Shown in pieces: positions 1 through 9,020 of a stretch of 53,980 bases of DNA (positions are counted from its first letter, which is position 1; each line of letters begins with the position of its first letter). The translations under genes were made by a program, and so were the position numbers. The stretch is from assembly GCA_013204345.1 (NCBI GenBank), contig JABMOB010000002.1, positions 1 through 53,980 on the forward strand, given 5' to 3'. The notes below the pieces were generated by a model, which ran no database searches, was not told the DNA's origin, and saw only the letters and a program-made list of their open reading frames with translations. The stretch comes from Parcubacteria group bacterium. GTDB taxonomy: Bacteria; Patescibacteriota; Minisyncoccia; Phycocordibacterales; JABMOB01.

Positions 1-758
1 ACCCCTGCCTCCCCTGCCACAGCACGTGCAAGCAAAGTTTTTCCAGTTCCCGGCGCACCCATAAGTAAAATACCCTTTGGAATACGAGCGCCAATTTCCA
101 AAAACTTTTTTGGATTTTTAAGAAAGTCTACGATTTCAGAAAGCTCTTCTTTCGCCTCTTTTACCCCAGCGACATCTTTAAAAGTTACCCTCTGTTTTTT
201 GTCATTCGGTGAAATCATTCGCGCTTTTGACTGTCCAAAAGTAAACGCTTGCATACCCGCGCCCTTGACCTGCCGTGTCATATACCACAAAAAGAAAACT
301 ATAAATATAATTGGGATAAGAATAGGGGCTAGACTCAAAGCCCAATATCCAAAACCTGTATCACTTTTGATTTCAATTTTTACATTTCCAAGCTGAGTTT
401 GGGGTACACCATAATTGAAAAACGTTTGAGTGAGCGCGGTCGTGTCTTCTTTTTTAGAAATTTTCTTTTCACCATTTGTATAATCTATACTCAAACTCTC
501 CCCTGAAACAGTGATATCGGAAACTAGACCTTTTGTGATATCAGTAGCAAGTTGAGAAATCGGTATTTGAATATCTTTTGAGGCATTATCGGTAATAAGA
601 GAGTAAAGACCAATCAACACGAAAAAAATCAAGATTGTGGTAACAATATTAACCCAAAACTGGTTTTTATCCGGTAGCTTGCCCTTCCCACCACTATTCC
701 CACGCTTTAGAATAATCTTTAGCTTCTTTTTTCCTTTATTATTGTTGAATAAGTCCAT
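1..758 (-). CDS. ftsH: ATP-dependent zinc metalloprotease FtsH, 5' part (runs off window start)
   Basis: Not in ORF track. Minus-strand frame from ATG at 758 reads hydrophobic N-terminal segments, then [27 protein letters not shown] (FtsH Walker A context). Confidence 0.95.
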   Translation of the reverse strand, partial: MDLFNNNKGKKKLKIILKRGNSGGKGKLPDKNQFWVNIVTTILIFFVLIGLYSLITDNASKDIQIPISQLATDITKGLVSDITVSGESLSIDYTNGEKKISKKEDTTALTQTFFNYGVPQTQLGNVKIEIKSDTGFGYWALSLAPILIPIIFIVFFLWYMTRQVKGAGMQAFTFGQSKARMISPNDKKQRVTFKDVAGVKEAKEELSEIVDFLKNPKKFLEIGARIPKGILLMGAPGTGKTLLARAVAGEAG

Positions 759-793
759 ATTATGATTGAAAATCTAGTATAACAGAAATTACA

Positions 794-926
794 CCCCGAC
801 ACCAAGTTTCTTATTGTTTTTGCCCAGACTAGTTTTTATTCACCTAAACCAAACACCTTAATACATTTTATTAATTATTTTACATTAATTTTAAAAAACT
901 GGGCGATAAGAAACTTAGTGTGGGGG
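794..926. repeat. Imperfect inverted-repeat (MITE/REP-like) element upstream of ftsH
   Basis: ccccgacaccaagtttcttat...gcccag pairs with ctgggcgataagaaacttagtgtggggg. Confidence 0.7.
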
Positions 927-1055
927 TAAAAAAAGTTAACTATGCAAAATGTTAGCGAGTAAATATTAAAAACTTCCCTTGTTTATGGATAACCATAGTT
1001 TATATGTCACATTGTGGGAATTGAGTTGGGTGTTGAAATAATGTAAACTTGTTTT

Positions 1056-1544
1056 ATGGATAATAAACTCATAGTTATTATAGGTATCCCTGGCTCTGGA
1101 AAAAGTACTTTGGGTAAAAAAATAGCTGAATTAAAAGGTTACACTTTTTATGATATGGACGACACAATGCCAGAACATATGAAGAATAAGATGAGAAATA
1201 AAGAACTTGTTAGTGAAGAAGAAAGGGGCGCTTATACAAAAGTCTGGTTGAAAGATTTTAGGAAACTATTAAAAAATAATTCAGTTGTCGCGAGCATGGT
1301 TATACCAAGAGAACGACAAAGAGAAATGGTGTATGAGAATTTTCCCAACGCTATATTTATAAACCTTGATATACCATTAGAAGTTTTGAAACAAAGATTA
1401 CAAAATAGAAAAGACCATTTTTTTAGTATAGAAACATTGGAAAAAGCCTTCAATAATAATGAAAAAATTCTAATTAAACATTTTGATGTTGATGCGACGC
1501 AAAGTATAAACAACGTTACTGACGATATCCTCAAATTGATATGA
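1056..1544 (+). CDS. P-loop small-molecule kinase (gluconate/shikimate kinase-like)
   Basis: GIPGSGKST Walker A, DMDD, RLQNRKDHFF motif typical of gluconokinase-like proteins. Confidence 0.75.
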   Translation: MDNKLIVIIGIPGSGKSTLGKKIAELKGYTFYDMDDTMPEHMKNKMRNKELVSEEERGAYTKVWLKDFRKLLKNNSVVASMVIPRERQREMVYENFPNAIFINLDIPLEVLKQRLQNRKDHFFSIETLEKAFNNNEKILIKHFDVDATQSINNVTDDILKLI

Positions 1545-2287
1545 TGGAAAAAATAGAATCAAAAGAAAATTTAAAATATAGTATCAATATAATTATTCAT
1601 CGTCACGGACCCAAACAGGACATTGACGGACCTCTCTCAGAGGAAGGCAAAAAATTGACGGGAGATTATTTTGACGAAGCTTATGAAAATATAACTATGG
1701 ATTCTTCTTCTGGTGGTATTGATATTGAATCATCTCCAATCCATAGAGCAGAACAAACAGGGCAAATATATTCAACGGCAATTAAAAGAGCGGGTTTAGG
1801 CGAGATAAAATCAAATAAAACAGATGAGAGGCTTAGTGAAGGTGGCATTGCGGAAAATAAAGATGTTTTTGATAAATTGAAAGAAAAATATCCCAAGGGG
1901 AGCGAGTGGCTTAGGGGTTGGTTAGAAATGGAATCTCGTCCAACACCTGAAATAAAAACTGGGAAAGAAGCCGTAGCAGATTTTTCAAGTTGGATTTTAG
2001 ATAAAATTTTAAGTAATAAAGAAAAAGGAGGTTATCAAGAAGTTGACGCTTTTTCCCACGGTCCAGTTATGGCAGTATTCATAATAAAATTAGAAGAAAA
2101 ACTAAAAATAAAGTTACTTCCTGATAATTGGCAGGATACAAAAATATGGAACAACGTATTAAATTATTTTTCAGGAATACACTTATGGGCAGATTCAAAT
2201 ACTCCAGACATTGTAAACTTATCCTTTGCAGATTCTAAAATAGAAATCCCAATTTCCACCTTAGAAGAATTAGCTACAGAAAAATAA
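1541..2287 (+). CDS. Histidine phosphatase superfamily protein
   Basis: RHG motif, SSPIHRAEQT, RLSE, SHG. Confidence 0.8.
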   Translation: MMEKIESKENLKYSINIIIHRHGPKQDIDGPLSEEGKKLTGDYFDEAYENITMDSSSGGIDIESSPIHRAEQTGQIYSTAIKRAGLGEIKSNKTDERLSEGGIAENKDVFDKLKEKYPKGSEWLRGWLEMESRPTPEIKTGKEAVADFSSWILDKILSNKEKGGYQEVDAFSHGPVMAVFIIKLEEKLKIKLLPDNWQDTKIWNNVLNYFSGIHLWADSNTPDIVNLSFADSKIEIPISTLEELATEK

Positions 2288-2316
2288 AACCCTGCATAAA
2301 GCAAGGTTTTATTTTT
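2283..2316. terminator. Hairpin terminator between convergent phosphatase gene and ssrA region
   Basis: aataaaaccctgc-ataaa-gcaaggttttatttt. Confidence 0.6.
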
Positions 2317-2319
2317 GTT

Positions 2320-2485
2320 GTGGAGATGGCGTTATCGTTCCTTACAGGAACAGTACCCCGATTGGCTCGCCTTGCTCGGCTCAATCGGGCTTCGATTCTC
2401 GCACGAAAGCATCCCATGCTTTCTCATCTCACCCAAGCAAAAACTGCCCTTTAAGGCAGTTTTGTGCTAACAGGTGGAGATGGCG
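2320..2485. repeat. Mini-element bounded by 12-bp direct repeat of the tmRNA 3' end, containing an inverted, interrupted copy of the T-arm
   Basis: gtggagatggcg at 2320-2331 and 2474-2485; ttcgattctcgc[hairpin]catctc at 2391-2430 is complementary to gagatggcgagaatcgaa. Confidence 0.65.
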
Positions 2486-2878
2486 AGAATCGAACTCGCG
2501 TGCAAGAGACCGTCAAATATGAATCTACAAAGTTTAGTGTGTTTTTTCTGCTTGACGCAGATTTCGAAAGAGTAAGTATTAAACAAACAAAACCTTACAA
2601 TTTCTATCCTCTAAGTTTCAAGAACAGATCGAGAAAATCTATTCCTTATTCCGAATATATAACATTTATGTGTCCCTATCGGACGTCGGGCCAATAAACG
2701 TCGCTTACGATAAAACGTGAGCGAAAGCAAAATCGTTGACTCCAAAATATGGAGAAACCAATGATTTAGCTCTTGTAACTAAGTTTTTTGCGCTTAGAAT
2801 TTCCATCAGATTTAGGAGTTAATGGTGCTCCACTTTGCACATATGAGAGCAAGCCTTTTGTCTAGGCCGATCATCCCC
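2473..2878 (-). ncRNA. ssrA: tmRNA
   Basis: 5' GGGGATG pairs with 3' CATCTCC-ACC; T-loop GTTCGATTC; resume context TAAGC-GCA with tag ORF 2791-2705; immediately downstream of smpB. Confidence 0.93.
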
Positions 2879-3042
2879 CCAAAATACACATGTAGACCGT
2901 TAACTCTTTTCTCGGCATATATTTTAGAAAACACACATAATTTCTGGCTCGAAATTTGCTATGCTCGGCCCGTCGGCCTGCGCAATGTTTTCTAAAACAT
3001 ACGCCCTCGACAGGGTTAATTTTTACAAACATACTTTGGGGG
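2876..3042. repeat. Long imperfect hairpin element between smpB and ssrA
   Basis: Nested pairings ccccaaaata/tactttgggg, ttaactct/agggttaa, ggcatatattttagaaaaca/tgttttctaaaacatacgcc. Confidence 0.7.
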
Positions 3043-3080
3043 ACTGATTTGCTATGTCAAAAAACTTTAGGAAGTTGGGG

Positions 3081-3527
3081 TCAACGATCTTTAAATTCAC
3101 GCCGAACTTCTCTTAGGGCATCACGCTTTTTTATTGTCTCACGTTTATCAAATTCTCTCTTCCCGCGGACAGACGCGATTTCTACCTTTATCTTTCTTCC
3201 TTTATTATACACCGAAATAGGCACACTTGTCAATCCTTTTTTTGATTCGATTTGAGATAGCAAAATAATCTCCTTTTTCGTCAATAGTAACCTACGATTC
3301 CTTTTTGGGTCGTAGTCCTCTGGTGTGTTTTTTGGTTGAAATGGCGCGATTTGTGCCCCGATTAGATACGCTTCTCCTCCTCGCATCGTGACATGCGAAC
3401 CATCCAACGTACACTGACCTTTTCTCAAAGACTTTACCTCAAAACCAAAAAGTTCAATTCCGGCAGTAAATTTTTCCAGAACCTCATAATTGAAAGCTAC
3501 TTTTTTGTTATAAGCCAAATTTGCCAT
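3081..3527 (-). CDS. smpB: SsrA-binding protein
   Basis: NKKVAFNYEVLEKFTAGIELFGFEVKSLR, RRLLL, GKREFDKRETIKKRD. Confidence 0.97.
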   Translation of the reverse strand: MANLAYNKKVAFNYEVLEKFTAGIELFGFEVKSLRKGQCTLDGSHVTMRGGEAYLIGAQIAPFQPKNTPEDYDPKRNRRLLLTKKEIILLSQIESKKGLTSVPISVYNKGRKIKVEIASVRGKREFDKRETIKKRDALREVRREFKDR

Positions 3528-3658
3528 ATATCAATAATAGCAGGATAATCCGCTATACACAAAAATAAAAGTAATAAGTCAACTATACAAAAAAAATCTA
3601 TAGGTTAGACTGAAATCGGACGGAACACTCAAAAACAAAGAACCCAAAGGAGGGTCAA

Positions 3659-4093
3659 ATGACTCGGAAATACAAAGTCTACATCGGATGCAGTCTCACT
3701 TATGCCACGCCGGAATTCAGACAGGCTGTGGAAGACTTCAAGGACACCCTGCGCACTTTCTGCCAAGTTCTTGATTTTATGGGCATCGAAAAAAAACCCG
3801 GCCGAACAGCAGAAGACATCTATCTTCACGACATCAAGCATTGCGTCGGAAAAGCCGATCTCATGGTAGCCATCTGCGACCAACCATCCACCGGTCTTGG
3901 CTACGAAATGGCGACTCAAATCGAGATGCGTGGTAAGCCAGTTTTGGCTGTGGCACAAACAGATTCGTTGGTAAGCGATTTGATTCTCGGAATCAATGGA
4001 ACGAATTTTGAGTTTCGGCGCTACGGCAACCTTACCGAGGTTACGGCGTGGGTCAAGAAAGCACTGGAAAGCATAGCTCTCCAAGCGGCCTGA
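3659..4093 (+). CDS. Nucleoside 2'-deoxyribosyltransferase / Rcl-like N-glycosidase family protein
   Basis: VYIGCSL...IYLHD...ADLMVA..DQPSTGLGYE...GKPVL pattern; strong SD (aaaggagg). Confidence 0.75.
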   Translation: MTRKYKVYIGCSLTYATPEFRQAVEDFKDTLRTFCQVLDFMGIEKKPGRTAEDIYLHDIKHCVGKADLMVAICDQPSTGLGYEMATQIEMRGKPVLAVAQTDSLVSDLILGINGTNFEFRRYGNLTEVTAWVKKALESIALQAA

Positions 4094-4139
4094 CACCCCC
4101 TCACAATGTTCACAATCCATCTGGTACAAACAAACATCT

Positions 4140-4174
4140 AGCCCCGCCAATCAAATGGCGGGCTTTTCTTTTTT
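4140..4174 (+). terminator. Rho-independent terminator
   Basis: agccccgcca-atcaaa-tggcgggct followed by T-rich tract. Confidence 0.7.
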
Positions 4175-4217
4175 AAAATAGTTGACGACAAAAGCAAACC
4201 GACTAAACTTAATTGAT

Positions 4218-5294
4218 ATGTCGCCATTAAACTGGAAACTCTACAAAACCTCTAGTGAAGCACTAGATGCAATGCTCGAGATGTGTCAAAATGCCCACAC
4301 TTCTATAGATATGGAGCAATACATTTTGAGTGATAGTGAAATCGGGAGACAATTTATAGATATTTTAATAGAAAAAGCAAAAGCTGGCGTGAGGGTCCGC
4401 CTTCTTTGTGACCATGGAGGAAGTTCTGATTTATACAAATCCTCCCTACCGGCAAAACTTCGTAATGCCGGCGCAGAGATTAGATTTTTCAATATAATTA
4501 GATTGTGGAGACTTCGTGATTTTTCCTCTTGGTTTTTTAGAGATCATAGAAAAATACTCATCATTGACCAGAATCAGGGTATGACGGGTGGAGTCGGAAT
4601 AAGGGATGACATGAAAAAATGGAGAGATACATCTGTACTCGTAGAAGGTGAGGTCGTAGAAGAAATGTCTAATTCTTTTGAACAAATGTGGGAACAGGCA
4701 AATGAAAATGATGTGCTTATCCGCATACAGAAAGCAAGAAAGATAAAAAAGGGAAATTGGTTTATCACAAGCGCACCATATTTTAAAAAAAGATTTTTCT
4801 ACCATGAACTCCTCAGAGCAATCCGTGGAGCAAAAAAATATATCTTTCTTACCACCCCGTATTTCATACCCGACCATAGACTAATGCGTGTACTTAGACT
4901 CGCTTCCAAACGCGGTGTGGATGTCAGAATAATGATGCCGAGAGAGCATGACCTGCCGATTGTTGAATCTTGTTCACATGCTTTTTTCGAAAAACTATTG
5001 AGACATGATATAAAAATATTCCAATACACAAAAGAATTTTTGCATGCAAAGACAGCGGTTGTAGATGATATGTGGTCTACAGTCGGGAGTTTTAATCTAG
5101 ACAGTCTGAGCTTTTTTTATAACTATGAAGCAAACATTATAAGCACCGACCAGAAATTTGCCTTAGAAATAAAAGGACATTTTTTGGAAGATATGTCTCG
5201 GGCTACCGAAGTCCTACTACCCAAATGGAAAGATCGTTCATGGTTTTTGTGGATACAAGAAGTGTTTGCTCTCCCCTTCCGTCGAATACTTTAA
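4218..5294 (+). CDS. cls: Cardiolipin synthase (phospholipase D family, ClsB-like without N-terminal TM)
   Basis: Two HKD motifs (HRKILIID, HAKTAVVD), TPYFIPD, GSFNLD; ATG at 4218 preferred over TTG at 4182. Confidence 0.88.
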   Translation: MSPLNWKLYKTSSEALDAMLEMCQNAHTSIDMEQYILSDSEIGRQFIDILIEKAKAGVRVRLLCDHGGSSDLYKSSLPAKLRNAGAEIRFFNIIRLWRLRDFSSWFFRDHRKILIIDQNQGMTGGVGIRDDMKKWRDTSVLVEGEVVEEMSNSFEQMWEQANENDVLIRIQKARKIKKGNWFITSAPYFKKRFFYHELLRAIRGAKKYIFLTTPYFIPDHRLMRVLRLASKRGVDVRIMMPREHDLPIVESCSHAFFEKLLRHDIKIFQYTKEFLHAKTAVVDDMWSTVGSFNLDSLSFFYNYEANIISTDQKFALEIKGHFLEDMSRATEVLLPKWKDRSWFLWIQEVFALPFRRIL

Positions 5295-5371
5295 ACAAAC
5301 ACTATTTTAGGTTGCTTTTTTAAGGCAAATATGTTAAATTTTTAATGTATTTAACATTTAAATCTATATAT

Positions 5372-5881
5372 TTGAGCACCAGCGTTAGAATAAATCATCA
5401 GATCAAAGCCCCAGAACTTCGGGTTATAGGCCCAGAGGGTGAGAACTTTGGAGTAATTACCTTCAAAGAAGCCTTCGAAAAAGCGGTGTCTTTAGGTCTT
5501 GATCTTATAGAAATATCACCAAATGCCACTCCACCGGTTGCAAAAATAACAGATTATGGTAAATTTCAGTACGATGAAAATAAGAAGCAGAGGGTAGCAA
5601 AAACCAAAGCCCATGTAGTAGAAGTCAAGGTTATTCAGGTAAAAGTAGGTACTGGAGAGCATGATTTAGCACTAAAAGCGAAGAAAGCGTCTGAATGGCT
5701 AAAGGAAGGCGATCGAGTAAAAGTAGATCTATTTCTCCCAGGAAGAACTAAATACATGGATATAAAATTCCTCAAAGAGAGGATGGATCGTGTTTTGAAA
5801 CTTATCACTGAAGATTACAAAATTGCTCAAGAACCAAAGAAAAGTCCGAAGGGATTGAGTGCGATAATTGAGAGAAAGTGA
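5372..5881 (+). CDS. infC: Translation initiation factor IF-3 (start uncertain; probably non-ATG near 5366-5372)
   Basis: RINHQI, LDLIEISPNATPPVAKITDYGKFQY; upstream of rpmI-rplT. Confidence 0.95.
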   Translation: MSTSVRINHQIKAPELRVIGPEGENFGVITFKEAFEKAVSLGLDLIEISPNATPPVAKITDYGKFQYDENKKQRVAKTKAHVVEVKVIQVKVGTGEHDLALKAKKASEWLKEGDRVKVDLFLPGRTKYMDIKFLKERMDRVLKLITEDYKIAQEPKKSPKGLSAIIERK

Positions 5882-5890
5882 TATAGAAAT

Positions 5891-6100
5891 AAGGAGCTAC
5901 GGCGACTATTTTTCTAAGAAACCCTGTTAAATAGTTTTTAAATAATAATTTAAAAACTAACATTTGATAAAAAGCAGAAAATAAGTAATATTATAAGGCC
6001 TAGAAAGTTTCAAAGGGAAGGAATATGGTTCTTAAATAACATCAAATGTTATTTAACAGGGTCATTATTTTCTAAAACTCGCTACGCTCGTTAAGAAAAT
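5891..6100 (+). repeat. CCCTGTTAAAT structured intergenic repeat, long form, copy 1 (infC-rpmI)
   Basis: Core IR accctgttaaat...atttaacagggt 5921-6062, internal hairpins; near-identical arms at 43331-43537 and 47375-47580. Confidence 0.9.
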
Positions 6101-6102
6101 AT

Positions 6103-6288
6103 ATGAAAACAAACAAATCATTTGCAAAAAGATTAAAAGTCACCAAGAATGGAAAAGTCTTGGCGAGAAAAACCGGTCAAAACCATTTTAATTCAAAAGA
6201 AAGTGGCCGAAGTCAATTAGCAAAAAAAAGAAGTGTTGAATTTAAAGTTAATAATAAACTTAAAAGCCGATATCTAGTAAATCTATAA
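6103..6288 (+). CDS. rpmI: 50S ribosomal protein L35
   Basis: MKTNKSFAKRLKVTKNGK; synteny infC-rpmI-rplT. Confidence 0.95.
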   Translation: MKTNKSFAKRLKVTKNGKVLARKTGQNHFNSKESGRSQLAKKRSVEFKVNNKLKSRYLVNL

Positions 6289-6289
6289 T

Positions 6290-6634
6290 ATGACACGAGT
6301 AAAGAAAGGAACGAATGCATTAAAAACGAGAAGGAATATTTTACGAAAAGTAAAAGGTTATCGTTTTGGACGTTCCACAAAAGAAAAACAGGCGCAAGAA
6401 GCAATATTCCATGCTGGAGCATACGCTTTTGCACACAGACGCGACAAGAAAAATGACTTTAGAAAACTTTGGAATGTGAGAATCAGCGCCAAATCAAAAG
6501 AACTTGGTATTTCATATAGTAAATTAATCGGAGGAATGAAAAAGAAAAACATCCTAATTGATCGAAAGATCCTCGCTCTCCTAGCCAACGAGAATCCAGA
6601 GACCTTCAAACGAATCCTCGCAAAAATAGCGTAA
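6290..6634 (+). CDS. rplT: 50S ribosomal protein L20
   Basis: MTRVKKG...KGYRFGRS...HRRDKKNDFRKLW...IDRKILA. Confidence 0.97.
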   Translation: MTRVKKGTNALKTRRNILRKVKGYRFGRSTKEKQAQEAIFHAGAYAFAHRRDKKNDFRKLWNVRISAKSKELGISYSKLIGGMKKKNILIDRKILALLANENPETFKRILAKIA

Positions 6635-6644
6635 GACGGATGAT

Positions 6645-6674
6645 AAAAAGCCCCTTCATTGGGGCTTTTTCTTT
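6645..6674. terminator. Bidirectional terminator
   Basis: aaaaagcccc-ttcatt-ggggcttttt between convergent genes. Confidence 0.8.
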
Positions 6675-6682
6675 ATCTTCAT

Positions 6683-6704
6683 ATACTACGATATATCGTA
6701 GTAT
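6683..6704. repeat. Perfect 22-bp palindrome
   Basis: atactacgatatatcgtagtat equals its own reverse complement. Confidence 0.8.
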
Positions 6705-6740
6705 TTTACTAAATACTATTTACCAGCTACCTGTTATTGG

Positions 6741-8126
6741 CTACTTGAGCTCGTACACCTTTCCTTTTTCCGGATATATCGCATTAATTCCCACCTGATC
6801 ACGCAAGCGTTGAACTAGAAACAATGATGCTTTTGGTTCTCCCATTGCCACAAAAACTTGTTTGACAGTCTCGGCTGTACCACCCACAAACTCTACCAAA
6901 TGATCTGAGTCTTTATGTGCGGAAAAACCACTGATCATTTCAACACGCGCTCGAACTGTCACCATTTTACCATGTATAGATACCTTTTTAGCTCCTTCTT
7001 GAATCTGACGACCTAGTGTACCTACCGCCTGATAACCCATAAGTAAAATTGTGCTTTTTGGATCAGGTAAATAGTTCGTTTCATGATGTACCACCCTACC
7101 AGCATTGGACATACCGGAGCCAGCAATAATTATTTTTGGATTCGGAACAGAAAGAATAGCTTTTGAATCTTGACTTCGCGCAGTTTCTTTGATTTTTGGG
7201 AAGTTAAAAATATTATCACCAGAAGCAATTTCCTCTCTAACAGCTGGACTATAATATTTCGATATTCTTTTATATATTTCAGTAACTTTTATAGCTAATG
7301 GTGAATCCAAAAAAACAGGTACTGATTTTATCTTGTGCTCTTCTACCAAATTGTTTATTTCATATAAAATATCTTGCGTTCTTTCCAAAGAAAAAGCGGG
7401 AATAACCAAAGCGCCACCGGAAGCAACGGTTTCTTTGATGATTTGCTCAAACCTTTTCTCCCGTTCTTCTTTTGATTCATGATTTCTATCACCGTAAACA
7501 CTATCCATAATCATATAATCTGCATCGATCACAGATTCAGCATCCCTGAGAATGGTTGACGGTGAATTTCCAAGATCACCCGTAAATACAACTTTCTTTT
7601 TCGAGCCATTTTGAGGATCGGTATATGTGAATTCGTATATTGATGAACCAAGAATGTGTCCAGCATCTTTTAAATAAACTTCAAAACCATCGGCAAAAGT
7701 TTTTTTCTCATGATAAGAAATAGTTTGCCAAAGAGAAAATGCGCGGGCAACATCGTCTGCACCATATAGAGGCTCCTCACCGGTCCTTTTTGCTTCAAAT
7801 GACATTATATTCACAGCATCGGCAAGCATAAGTTCGGTAATACTTTTTGTTTCTGGAGTAGAATAAATCGTCCCAGAAAAACCGTCTTTCACCAACTTTG
7901 CTACCTTACCAATGTGGTCAAGATGAGCATGGGTGATAAATAAAAAATTGATTGATTTTGGATCATAAGGAAAAGATTTTTTATTTTCTTCGTGGGCCTC
8001 GGCAACACCCTGTAAAAGTCCACAATCTATAAGAATTTTTGTATTTCCATCATCTAAAAGAAAGTTGGCGCCAGTTACCACACCTACCCCACCCCAACAA
8101 GTCAAAGAAAGATGCCTGTTATTCAT
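6741..8126 (-). CDS. MBL-fold beta-CASP ribonuclease (YSH1/CPSF73-like)
   Basis: THAHLDHIG, AGHILGS, FTGDLG, AGSGM..AGRVVHH, FSAHKD. Confidence 0.92.
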   Translation of the reverse strand: MNNRHLSLTCWGGVGVVTGANFLLDDGNTKILIDCGLLQGVAEAHEENKKSFPYDPKSINFLFITHAHLDHIGKVAKLVKDGFSGTIYSTPETKSITELMLADAVNIMSFEAKRTGEEPLYGADDVARAFSLWQTISYHEKKTFADGFEVYLKDAGHILGSSIYEFTYTDPQNGSKKKVVFTGDLGNSPSTILRDAESVIDADYMIMDSVYGDRNHESKEEREKRFEQIIKETVASGGALVIPAFSLERTQDILYEINNLVEEHKIKSVPVFLDSPLAIKVTEIYKRISKYYSPAVREEIASGDNIFNFPKIKETARSQDSKAILSVPNPKIIIAGSGMSNAGRVVHHETNYLPDPKSTILLMGYQAVGTLGRQIQEGAKKVSIHGKMVTVRARVEMISGFSAHKDSDHLVEFVGGTAETVKQVFVAMGEPKASLFLVQRLRDQVGINAIYPEKGKVYELK

Positions 8127-8230
8127 CCCCGTTAGAAAAATTTAATTTCTGATTATATGATAATACCACTTTTATATACTAACATTTTTAGATGAAAGAC
8201 TATATCAAATTTGCTGATTTTCTAACGGGG
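8127..8230. repeat. 104-bp element with 13-bp terminal inverted repeats
   Basis: ccccgttagaaaa ... ttttctaacgggg; fills the whole intergenic space. Confidence 0.85.
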
Positions 8231-8665
8231 CAGGTTGTTTGTTTTTTTATATTCAGTAAAAAGATACCACGATGACGCAAGAGCCCCCAAACAATCAAAA
8301 ATTATATCGGACATTGTATCTTTCCAATACCCACGAAACAAAACCGAAGTGACCCCATTTGTAACTTCAAAAATCTCCCAAACAATACCCGCGAATAGGG
8401 CCGAGAAAAGAGCGATAGATAAAAAATGTATGTATGTTCCTTTGAGGGGTTTTATATATCCGGATAAAAACAGAAACCACAAAACGACAAAAGCAATCCA
8501 AAAACCACCTAGAAAATGCACAACCATATCAAACCACCAAACATTAGAGTAGAGATAAAATTTTAGAGCAAGAATATGGAGGATGGCGACAACCAAAACA
8601 ATATATAACAAATGTCTAAAGAAAGCCGTTTTTGGTGCAGAAATTTTTTCCATAATCATCATCAT
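8222..8665 (-). CDS. Membrane protein (VanZ/DUF2238-like)
   Basis: About 4 hydrophobic segments; WWFDMVVHFLGG, WEIFE, DTMSDIIFDCLGA. Confidence 0.7.
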   Translation of the reverse strand: MMMIMEKISAPKTAFFRHLLYIVLVVAILHILALKFYLYSNVWWFDMVVHFLGGFWIAFVVLWFLFLSGYIKPLKGTYIHFLSIALFSALFAGIVWEIFEVTNGVTSVLFRGYWKDTMSDIIFDCLGALASSWYLFTEYKKTNNLPR

Positions 8666-8693
8666 AACTTTTATTCATAAATAAAAAAACTAC

Positions 8694-8781
8694 CCCATCA
8701 CCAGAGGTCATATAGGCTTGCGCTTCGCCCAGCAAAAAATGTGCTATTCGCACACGCACTCGCCTTGGTGTTGGTGATGGG
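8694..8781. repeat. GC-rich structured intergenic element
   Basis: Terminal IR cccatcacca/tggtgatggg with internal small hairpins (tgtgc-tattc-gcaca). Confidence 0.55.
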
Positions 8782-8867
8782 TTAATATTTACAAATCATG
8801 TTTTGTTATTCCAAACAAAATCACGAGAAAATATTAAAATTAAAACACCCCCGAAGGAGTGACTTAA

Positions 8868-9020
8868 GTAGGGTCACTTGGAGATATACCCTAGTAGTAA
8901 AACTAGGTGGGTGTCCTCAATGTGTGTTCGTCTGAAATCAATTAAGTTCTCATCGGAACGACATAATATTGAACTCCCTTGATATTGCTTTAATCTAGAT
9001 AATATCCCAAATAACCCTAC
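8868..9020 (-). ncRNA. ssrS: Probable 6S RNA
   Basis: Closing stem gtagggttatttgggatat/atatctccaagtgaccctac; GGGAG and GAGGACACCCACC motifs as in Firmicutes-type 6S; TTGCAC-16-TATAAT promoter at 9052-9025; hairpin plus U tract at 8861-8840. Confidence 0.75.

Noticed and set aside
2473-2505. tRNA gene suggested by the T-arm and acceptor sequence
   Set aside because: No anticodon arm; it is the 3' tRNA-like domain of tmRNA.
2464-3255. ORFs 2464-2697 and 2956-3255 (+)
   Set aside because: Antisense to tmRNA/smpB and hairpin elements; no protein features.
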